Shown here piece by piece: positions 1 through 7,091 of a stretch of DNA of 37,413 nt; positions within the stretch are counted from its first letter, which is position 1, and each line of letters begins with the position of its first letter. Source of the stretch: an uncultured Bifidobacterium sp. (GTDB taxonomy: Bacteria; Bacteroidota; Bacteroidia; NS11-12g; UBA955); assembly GCA_964654675.1 (NCBI GenBank), contig CAZZKP010000002.1, forward strand, positions 1 through 37,413, read 5' to 3'. Below the pieces are notes generated by a model, which had not been told where the DNA came from, ran no database searches, and saw only the letters and a list, made by a program, of their open reading frames with translations. The position numbers and the translations under genes are program-made.

Positions 1-2
1 AG

Positions 3-158
3 TACCGCGATCGGATTCAGACGGGCGTGACCAAACCGATGGTTCCGGTGATTAGACCTCAGCCAAACAACCAACCCAACTGGAGCATCAAGATGCCTTT
101 GGCTGATACTTGTTTACAGAGTTGGAAAGTGTTTTCTGATAAGCACTTGCGCAAATAA
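3..158 (+). CDS. 3' end of an unidentified CDS that runs in from the left edge (partial)
   Basis: The frame is open from the window edge to TAA at 156-158 (about 51 codons, ...SWKVFSDKHLRK*). No family was recognised. Confidence 0.3.
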   Translation, partial: YRDRIQTGVTKPMVPVIRPQPNNQPNWSIKMPLADTCLQSWKVFSDKHLRK

Positions 159-324
159 TTAGAAATTAATTGGTGATTAACGCAATTGCCGTGATAATAT
201 CGCTTTTACTCATTAAAAAATTCGTAAGTAAATTTAAATCAATCTGTTGAAAACAAAATGGAAAATCGGATAAGTTGCATACTTTCGCATTTGACCTATT
301 GATCAGCTATTTTACGACAGACCA

Positions 325-930
325 ATGAAGCATCTGATTCCGTTAATACTATTTATCTCATCATTAAATTGTTTTGGACAGACGAAAGAGCAGTTTTTGA
401 ACTCAGCCTACAAGGTGTTTGTTGACACCTCATTTACAAAATACTATTTGCGTTCAGAAGCTTACCAACTTACAATTGGAAAAAATAATAAGCCTCGTGT
501 AATAATGGATTTGTCAGAATTTATTTCAATTGAAACTGTAAACGAACTCATTAATAAGTCTGAAACTGACACATTAAAATTGACTTGGGATTGTAAAGCC
601 CTTGATTTAGCAAACTGTGTAGAAAACAGCAATGGTATCTTATTAAACTATTTTGTTGTTCATACGGAAAGAAAATGGTGTAAGAAAAAGCAGAAAAGGG
701 AAATCGATAGACAAATCAACAAGCAAAAAGAAGAACACGAAAAAAAACCGAGACAAGAAAAAGTAATTTATAGATTCAGTAGACCCATATATGATAGCAA
801 AAATGAGTATGCGTTAATGAGTATGTGGGTCAGCTGTGGTAGTTTATGTGGCCATGGTTGTATTTATTTATTTAAAAAAATTGATGGCGTTTGGCAATCT
901 GTGACTATGACAAATTGTAAATTAAGTTGA
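325..930 (+). CDS. Hypothetical secreted protein
   Basis: 201-aa ORF with a signal-peptide-like N-terminus (MKHLIPLILFISSLNCFGQ), a Lys/Glu/Gln-rich central stretch and a Cys-rich C-terminal module (WVSCGSLCGHGCIYLFKK). It is visibly AT-rich. Confidence 0.6.
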   Translation: MKHLIPLILFISSLNCFGQTKEQFLNSAYKVFVDTSFTKYYLRSEAYQLTIGKNNKPRVIMDLSEFISIETVNELINKSETDTLKLTWDCKALDLANCVENSNGILLNYFVVHTERKWCKKKQKREIDRQINKQKEEHEKKPRQEKVIYRFSRPIYDSKNEYALMSMWVSCGSLCGHGCIYLFKKIDGVWQSVTMTNCKLS

Positions 931-986
931 CTTTCTAATATTCGACCACGTACACCAAAATGCACACTCTTTAAAAACGATGTAAT

Positions 987-1388
987 ATGAAAACAAGAAG
1001 TTCAATTTTATTTTTTCTCATTCCAGCGGTATTATTCATATTTGGATGTAAGAAAATATCAACACCTGATGAAGATTCAAAATTGATTTTCGGTCAATGG
1101 GCATATTCATATGATTCTGGAGGTATTTCAGGGGGTGGAGGTAGCACAACTTTTAAAGATGATAGTTGGGTAGAGTTTAGCGAAAAGGGCGTCTATGAAG
1201 TATACGAAGGTTCAAAAAAAGTTGAAAGGCTGCGATTTAAAATAGAACCCAATGAGGGTCATGCCAAATATAAAATAAACTTCTCTTCATCAGGTGTACT
1301 GGACTATTATTACACCATTGAAGGCAATAAATTAACGCTCAATGAAACAGGAGCGGACGGATTTTCATATGTTTTCATTAAAAAATAA
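987..1388 (+). CDS. Hypothetical lipoprotein (possibly a lipocalin-like beta-barrel)
   Basis: 133-aa ORF with a lipobox-like signal (LFIFGC at the end of the h-region). Alternating beta-strand-like sequence ends in FSYVFIKK. Confidence 0.6.
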   Translation: MKTRSSILFFLIPAVLFIFGCKKISTPDEDSKLIFGQWAYSYDSGGISGGGGSTTFKDDSWVEFSEKGVYEVYEGSKKVERLRFKIEPNEGHAKYKINFSSSGVLDYYYTIEGNKLTLNETGADGFSYVFIKK

Positions 1389-1609
1389 ATTGGCAATCAC
1401 TGAGGTTTAGAAAAATTGCCGTTTTTGTGCTTCCATGTGAGACTAGGGATGAAAATCCCCGCATTTGCCAAGCTCAATCCCAATTACATTTTCCATAGGC
1501 GGGACCTCGTCATCAAAATACGGATCATGGATTAAATTGTTTCCTGACAGGTATTTGAAGCGCTTGTTTGATTGGCTTTGCCGGAAATAATAGTACCTTT
1601 ATCAATTCA

Positions 1610-2533
1610 ATGGCAAGAAGAATAATATACACACTGCTGGCATTGATGTGCCTGCGATCGGCTTACGGACAGTCGGTTGAATTAAAGTTGAACTTGGAAT
1701 TGGGGAAGGTATATCCGCAGCTCATGCAGTCAAAGGCTCTTGTAATTCAGGATATAAACGGTCAGAAAATCAACATTGATGTCACCTTGGGTGGAAGATT
1801 GACTTACCTGGTGAAGTCGGTCAGTGAAAAGGACTATAAGATGGATGTTCAATACAAAAGTTTGTCAATGTCGATGGCGCTTCCTCAGGGTTCCGTCAAA
1901 TTTGATTCTGAAAAAAAGGACAAGGGTGATGCGTTTTCTGCGATGTTGGGAGAAATGGTGAATAAGCCATTTCAAATCACCATGACGAAAATCGGGCAGA
2001 TAACGGATGTAAAGAATATTGAATTTTTGATTGATGATGTGTTAAGTCATTTCACAGAGCTTCCTGCGGAGCAATTGGCGCAGTTAAAGGAGCAATTTTT
2101 AAAATCGTTTGGAGAAGAAGCGTTCAAGGCCAGTTTTGAGTCACTCTCGGCGATTTATCCAAGCAAACCTGTGGCCAAAGGAGAAAATTGGGAAATTAAA
2201 ACGAAGTTGGGTTCAGGTGCGGGGATGACGGCAGATGTGATGTCGACCTATACACTATCCGAAATCAATGCCAAAAGCCATGTGATTGTGGGTGAGTCAA
2301 TTATCACAACTACCGATACTTATTTACCGATCAGGGGTATGCCTACGCGGTACGATTTGTCTGGCGCGATGAAATCCGAAATCATTTTAGACAAAGAAAC
2401 GGGTTGGGTGATCGAGGCGAAAATCAACCAGGAAATGCAGGGGAAAGTGTATATCAAGAAAAATGAGAAACTGCCTGATGGATTGACAATTCCTATGGTG
2501 ATGAAAAATTCCATGCTGTACAAGAACCAATAA
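1610..2533 (+). CDS. Hypothetical secreted protein
   Basis: The ORF-track start at 1568 is TTG. The internal ATG at 1610 gives a clean signal peptide (MARRIIYTLLALMCLRSAYGQ). No catalytic motif was recognised. Confidence 0.7.
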   Translation: MARRIIYTLLALMCLRSAYGQSVELKLNLELGKVYPQLMQSKALVIQDINGQKINIDVTLGGRLTYLVKSVSEKDYKMDVQYKSLSMSMALPQGSVKFDSEKKDKGDAFSAMLGEMVNKPFQITMTKIGQITDVKNIEFLIDDVLSHFTELPAEQLAQLKEQFLKSFGEEAFKASFESLSAIYPSKPVAKGENWEIKTKLGSGAGMTADVMSTYTLSEINAKSHVIVGESIITTTDTYLPIRGMPTRYDLSGAMKSEIILDKETGWVIEAKINQEMQGKVYIKKNEKLPDGLTIPMVMKNSMLYKNQ

Positions 2534-2552
2534 TTCATTAAGTACCCAGGTT

Positions 2553-2975
2553 ATGGCGAGTATACATCCACATATTAATTTTAATGGGAATGCTGAAGAG
2601 GCATTCAATTTTTACAAGGCTGCTTTTGGCGGAGAGTTTTCGAAGATTACACGTTTTGGCGACATCGCTGGGGAGCACTTCCCGATTCCAGAGGCTGAGT
2701 ATGAGAAGATCATGTTGATTGCCTTGCCGATTGGACAGGCCACATTGTATGCGAACGATATCCCCTCTTTTATGGGCACGGTGGATGAAAACGAAAATCG
2801 AAGCAAGATTTCGGTTCTTGCCGAAAGCAAGGATGAAGCCCATGGGTTGTTTGAGGCTTTGTCGGCAGGCGGTCAGGTGGAAATGCCAATGATGGATAGT
2901 CCGGATGGCAGTTGTTTTGCGATGTTCCGCGACAAATTTGGCATCGAGTGGATGATTAAGTTTGATCCAGCGTAA
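2553..2975 (+). CDS. VOC / glyoxalase-fold family protein (PhnB-like, 3-demethylubiquinone-9 3-methyltransferase-domain type)
   Basis: 140 aa. The N-terminus (HINFNGNAEEAFNFYKAAFGG) and C-terminus (FRDKFGIEWMI) are typical of the PhnB/YjdN-like VOC subfamily. Confidence 0.8.
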   Translation: MASIHPHINFNGNAEEAFNFYKAAFGGEFSKITRFGDIAGEHFPIPEAEYEKIMLIALPIGQATLYANDIPSFMGTVDENENRSKISVLAESKDEAHGLFEALSAGGQVEMPMMDSPDGSCFAMFRDKFGIEWMIKFDPA

Positions 2976-3033
2976 AATAGCAATGGGTATCAGAAAACTA
3001 TTCAATCCTGATGTAAGATCCGTTGATAGAAAA

Positions 3034-3447
3034 ATGAAGAGTCGATTCATGGTTTGCTTATTGATATTATCGGCCTGTGGATCGAAAAAAAAGGATTTTA
3101 AACCCCATCAACGATTGTTGACTTTTCAAAGTTCCACGGTTATGAGTCAGGACTCTATCATTTCGATCTGTGAATCGGATACTAGTTTTATGCAACGGAT
3201 TGAAAATGAGAATTTTGAAAACAAATCTGATACAATTCGCTATGATGAGGATATGATCTATGTGTCATATTTATCAATTGTAAACGGATGTGCTCAATAC
3301 AGCGGGGATATAGAAATTAAAGACGATTCGATTTTTTTAAAATTGAAAAATATCAATGGGCTTGAATGCACAGAAATGCGTTGTGACCGTCTGATTTTTG
3401 GAATTAGGAACGTTGAAAATAAAAAATATAAAATTTACAAGAAATAA
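3034..3447 (+). CDS. Hypothetical lipoprotein
   Basis: The internal ATG at 3034 gives MKSRFMVCLLILSACGSKKK, a lipobox. The gene is AT-rich and no family was recognised. Confidence 0.6.
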   Translation: MKSRFMVCLLILSACGSKKKDFKPHQRLLTFQSSTVMSQDSIISICESDTSFMQRIENENFENKSDTIRYDEDMIYVSYLSIVNGCAQYSGDIEIKDDSIFLKLKNINGLECTEMRCDRLIFGIRNVENKKYKIYKK

Positions 3448-3503
3448 AACGGCTATCTGTACTAATGATACAATTGACTCCAATGTTGCTATTTTGCAGT
3501 AAT

Positions 3504-4118
3504 ATGATTAGAACCTTTAAAGCGAGATTTTTACTGTATTTTATGTTTTTGTTACAATCTGTTACAGTACAAGGACAAGCTCTTATGAGCAATGATGTTA
3601 CGTTTATTCAGGGGGACAGTATCTATGTTGTAACAGCATTCAGCGATACCATAGAATTGGAAAGAAAGCCCTTTTCAATTCGGTATTTTGGAAAACGGTA
3701 TAATCCCGATCAGCGGCAGTTTTATGCAGCGAGTATCGCCGTATTGGAAAATACCAAGGATATAGGGCATTTGACTGTGGGCATGTCGACAAGTAAAACT
3801 ACTTATTTGGAACCGGGTTCTGGTATGGCAGCAGCAAGCAATGGCTATGGTGATACCCTCCTTGTAACGGCCACTGGGCATTATTATTTGTTCTATGAAT
3901 CTGAATCAAAAAAACGGGTAAATTTGATTTCAAAAAAGGCAAATATCCTTGAATTGGAGTGGAATATTTCAGGGTTTGATTTGAGCGAAACGACAGATCG
4001 TTCATTCAGGCGAATGAAAAAATCCACCCTTTATTTTGTCATATTTTTCGACAGAAACATAGATGACATCATCGACGACGGTGAATTGAAGGTGGTAACT
4101 GTAAATTTCAAACCTTAA
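3504..4118 (+). CDS. Hypothetical secreted protein
   Basis: The internal ATG at 3504 gives MIRTFKARFLLYFMFLLQSVTVQGQ, which looks like a signal peptide. No family was recognised. Confidence 0.6.
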   Translation: MIRTFKARFLLYFMFLLQSVTVQGQALMSNDVTFIQGDSIYVVTAFSDTIELERKPFSIRYFGKRYNPDQRQFYAASIAVLENTKDIGHLTVGMSTSKTTYLEPGSGMAAASNGYGDTLLVTATGHYYLFYESESKKRVNLISKKANILELEWNISGFDLSETTDRSFRRMKKSTLYFVIFFDRNIDDIIDDGELKVVTVNFKP

Positions 4119-4197
4119 AGGCGGTTTGCATCGTTCTAATCCTAACAGGTGATGAAATGACCTATTCTACGCAAATTTGCGTCGAATAGCCAAAGGC

Positions 4198-6867
4198 CTA
4201 CCCCTTCGTGAATCGCCAAGTGAGGCCTACCAAGAAGTTCCGGGGGGCCTGTGGGAAGACGAAAACCTCTTGGGTGATGTCGCGAGAGCCGTACATGTAA
4301 CCCCAAGTGTAGCCATTGCTGACGTATCGCGAAGAGAATACATTGATGCATTGCGCTTTGAGTGCCAACGATGTGCCTCCTCGGAATTTGTGCGTGTAAT
4401 TCACTGTCAACTCGCTGAATTTATATGCATTCATGCTGCGTGAAATATCGCCCGTATTGTCCAAAAATTGACGTCCCACCCACTTGCTTAACCACATCAC
4501 ATTCCATTTTTTGAACTGAGATTGTAGGCCCAAAGCTGCTACCATGTTTGGTGAATACGCGATGGGGGCGTTTTTGTAGACCGTATCTACCGGAATGCCT
4601 GTGGCGTAATCTTGCCAAGTCACCTTAGAATTGGGGATGATGTTTTGACTCAGCGATAGATTGCCAATCAAATGAACAAAATGACGGTCGAAATGGCTTC
4701 GGTTGTCGGTGGGAATATCTTTCTGCCACAACACGTATTGTCCTTCAAATTCTACACCGCGACGGTAGCTCAAATCCACATTTTTGCGCAAAGGCGTACC
4801 CACATCGTTCACTGCTCCGGTTAACACGAGTTGGTCTTTGTAGTGCATGTAATAGGCATTGATGCGGATGTGGTTGTCTTGGCTTTTGCCATTCAGGGTT
4901 GGCAACGACGGGAAAGTGGATAGGTATGAAAGTTCGCCATTGATCATGCGTTCGGGTCGAGGAACTGCACCATTGGGGTTGTCGGTGAAATCCGAGCGGG
5001 CTGGTTCGCGGTGAGCCACGCCAACATACCCTGTGATGTGATGGTGGGTTGCGTGCTGCAATTGGAACCCTGCCTTGGGATTGAAAAACAAGAAATTGCC
5101 CTTAAAGTCGAAGTTCCGCAGATCGTTGTCGGTCCCGCTTCCCACGTGATTTACTTTTCGCAATTGCATGTCGGCAAAAAAACTACCCCGGGTTTTATCG
5201 TATCGTCCAAAAGCCAAACTGTGGTTGTATTTCACGAATGCGTTCACATCCGATTTGTTTCCGATGGCGCGATAGTATTCATGTGTTTTGAACGAAGAGG
5301 GGTTTGGCAATGCCAGAATTTGGGTTACTTGTCCAAAATGATTGCCATAATATTGATTGGCGCCTAGGCCAAAAATCCACCAGTCTTTGCCAACGGAAAT
5401 GGTATGGTGAAGATTTACACCAATCAAGTTGTTTCTGAGCCATCGTCTTCTGACCAAATCGGAAGCGCTCAAGAGCACGGTAATGTTGCTATCTGCTGCC
5501 ATTCTGATGGGCGGGATGTTGTATTTTGAAAATGCATCGCCATAACGAAATTGCTCAAAATAGCCCGTACCAAATGTGTGGTAAAGGGTTGCAGCCAACT
5601 GTTTTTGGTTGTTTTTTTTGCTCGTATAATTGTGCGTGAGGTATAGGTGTTGGTGGTGTTGTTGGTAATTGTCTACCTCGTTTTTGTAGGTGTAATAATT
5701 GTATTTGTTTGGGTCGGAATTGAAAAGGTTGGCACTGTCTATGCCATTGCGATAGGTTGCCCCGCTGAATCCGGTATTTCTGAGGTAGTGATTTTGCAGA
5801 GCGGCGAGGTGGTTGGAATCGGGATTTAGACCCATGTTGTACTTTTCGATGGGCACGCCCCACCAAGATTGGTATGTCGTTTCACGTCCGCCAAACGCCA
5901 AAAATTTTATCTGTGTAGTATTGGTATTGTATTTTTTGGGTCGTTTGATGTGTTCAGACAGTTGCTCCATACCGGATTGGGTTGTGTTTTGGCCCTGGGG
6001 TTTTTGAGATTTTTTCTCATAAGCGATGGATGTTTGGTAGCCTACGAGATTGGAGGTTGCGCGATCAACGAATCCATTGGATAGGATTTCACTGAGTCGG
6101 GCGTTGATATACAGGGTTTCTTTGTTCGATAGTTTGATGGGTTTGGAGGCTCCTTTGAGGGTGGTTTTGAGTGTGCCATAACTACCTACACTTTGGTCGA
6201 TCTGATAGTAGGGTTCTGGACTATTGGTTTCTGTTCCTATGGCCAGCGTGGCGCCGAAGGCGCCCGCACCATGCGTTGAAAGCCCGGCCCCTTTGGTGAG
6301 CGATAAACTTCCAATGGATGAGCTCAAATCCGGCATGTTTACCCAAAATGTACCTTGGCTCTCGGCGTCGTTAATGGGCACTCCATTGATGGTGATATTG
6401 GTTCGTGTAGCATCGGACCCTCGGACACGTATGCCCGAATAACCGATGCCATTTCCCGCGTCGGAAGTGGTAATCACGTTGGTGAGGGATTGGGTGAGAA
6501 AGGGGATGTCGCGACCCAAATTTTGGTGTCCGATGGGGTCTTTTTTTTGTATGATCATCACGCTACTCATGTTGTTCCTTGGTTTCCCTAAGCCCACAGC
6601 GCTCACCATGGCGGCTTCGATCGTCTCTACGTCGATGGCAGTGTCCGCAGGGTCATTGACCGTTGCGGATTGGGTTGCATCGCTGTTGGGATTGATTGGT
6701 GCATTATTGGAATTACTTGCGGGGCTATTGGAATTGATAGCCGGACTAATGGAATTTTTTACGGGGTGATTGGAATTGGCTCCGCTGTTGGTTTGTTGTG
6801 CCGAAACGACGTGAATCGACGAGCCCACGAGGGCGATAATGGCAGTAATGACGATTTGCTTTTTCAT
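4198..6867 (-). CDS. TonB-dependent receptor, TPP-riboswitch controlled (putative outer-membrane transporter for thiamine or a thiamine precursor)
   Basis: 889 aa with a signal peptide (MKKQIVITAIIALVGSSIHVVSAQ) and a plug-domain motif (GYSGIRVRGSDATRTNITINGVPINDAESQG), followed by a long beta-barrel-type sequence. A THI-box lies immediately upstream. Confidence 0.9.
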   Translation of the reverse strand: MKKQIVITAIIALVGSSIHVVSAQQTNSGANSNHPVKNSISPAINSNSPASNSNNAPINPNSDATQSATVNDPADTAIDVETIEAAMVSAVGLGKPRNNMSSVMIIQKKDPIGHQNLGRDIPFLTQSLTNVITTSDAGNGIGYSGIRVRGSDATRTNITINGVPINDAESQGTFWVNMPDLSSSIGSLSLTKGAGLSTHGAGAFGATLAIGTETNSPEPYYQIDQSVGSYGTLKTTLKGASKPIKLSNKETLYINARLSEILSNGFVDRATSNLVGYQTSIAYEKKSQKPQGQNTTQSGMEQLSEHIKRPKKYNTNTTQIKFLAFGGRETTYQSWWGVPIEKYNMGLNPDSNHLAALQNHYLRNTGFSGATYRNGIDSANLFNSDPNKYNYYTYKNEVDNYQQHHQHLYLTHNYTSKKNNQKQLAATLYHTFGTGYFEQFRYGDAFSKYNIPPIRMAADSNITVLLSASDLVRRRWLRNNLIGVNLHHTISVGKDWWIFGLGANQYYGNHFGQVTQILALPNPSSFKTHEYYRAIGNKSDVNAFVKYNHSLAFGRYDKTRGSFFADMQLRKVNHVGSGTDNDLRNFDFKGNFLFFNPKAGFQLQHATHHHITGYVGVAHREPARSDFTDNPNGAVPRPERMINGELSYLSTFPSLPTLNGKSQDNHIRINAYYMHYKDQLVLTGAVNDVGTPLRKNVDLSYRRGVEFEGQYVLWQKDIPTDNRSHFDRHFVHLIGNLSLSQNIIPNSKVTWQDYATGIPVDTVYKNAPIAYSPNMVAALGLQSQFKKWNVMWLSKWVGRQFLDNTGDISRSMNAYKFSELTVNYTHKFRGGTSLALKAQCINVFSSRYVSNGYTWGYMYGSRDITQEVFVFPQAPRNFLVGLTWRFTKG

Positions 6868-6888
6868 GGATGAATTATCTTTTCATCC
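6868..6888 (-). promoter_or_regulatory. Hairpin abutting the start codon (candidate expression platform of the TPP riboswitch)
   Basis: The minus strand reads GGATGAA-aagataa-TTCATCC, followed directly by ATG (6867-6865). The stem is 7 bp. Confidence 0.4.
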
Positions 6889-6908
6889 GGAGCACAGCCA
6901 ATGGGGCG

Positions 6909-6995
6909 GTGACATTTCCCTGCGCAGGCATTATCCTGATCAAGTTTGCGGGTATAATCTCAGCGCTCTTGTAGAGGCACCCCGAATGATGTCAC
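6909..6995 (-). promoter_or_regulatory. TPP (THI-box) riboswitch aptamer
   Basis: The minus strand reads GTGACATcattCGGGGTGCCtctacaagagcgCTGAGAttatACCCgcaaaCTTGATCAGGATAATGCCTGCGCAGGGAAATGTCAC. It matches the conserved GGGGUGC, CUGAGA, ACCC and CUGAUC-GGAUAAUGCC-GCG-AGGGAA blocks of the E. coli thiM aptamer. P1 is GTGACAT/ATGTCAC. Confidence 0.93.
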
Positions 6996-7002
6996 AAAGA
7001 TA
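6995..7002 (-). promoter_or_regulatory. Bacteroidota-type -7 promoter box (TATCTTTG) for the riboswitch-TBDT transcript
   Basis: The minus strand TATCTTTG matches TAnnTTTG and ends where riboswitch P1 begins. Confidence 0.5.
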
Positions 7003-7014
7003 GGGTTTGCATTG

Positions 7015-7022
7015 TATTTTTG
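7015..7022 (+). promoter_or_regulatory. Candidate -7 promoter box (TATTTTTG) for the M1 peptidase gene
   Basis: It matches TAnnTTTG on the plus strand and is divergent from the riboswitch promoter. Confidence 0.35.
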
Positions 7023-7091
7023 TTGGAAATGGAAAAATTGCATTGGGTTGGGCTTTTTCATAGGGCCGTTGGAGGGATTGAATCTTTTGGA

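Noticed and set aside
1392-1426. GGCAAT...ATTGCC followed by GTTTTT after the 987-1388 gene, a possible terminator
   Set aside because: A 6-bp AT-rich stem with a 17-nt loop is too weak to call.
1443-1598. Minus-strand frame of about 52 codons open between two stops (...FKYLSGNNLIHDPYFDDEVPPMENVIGIELGKCGDFHP*) in the 221-nt spacer, possibly a decayed gene fragment
   Set aside because: The only ATG leaves 18 codons. No family was recognised, and the frame is below any defensible length. It cannot be distinguished from chance without a homology search (tblastn or blastx of 1389-1609).
4169-4182. ACGCAAATTTGCGT palindrome between the convergent genes at 3504-4118 and 4198-6867, a possible bidirectional terminator
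   Set aside because: It forms only about a 5-bp stem once a loop is allowed, and there is no adjacent U-tract on either strand.
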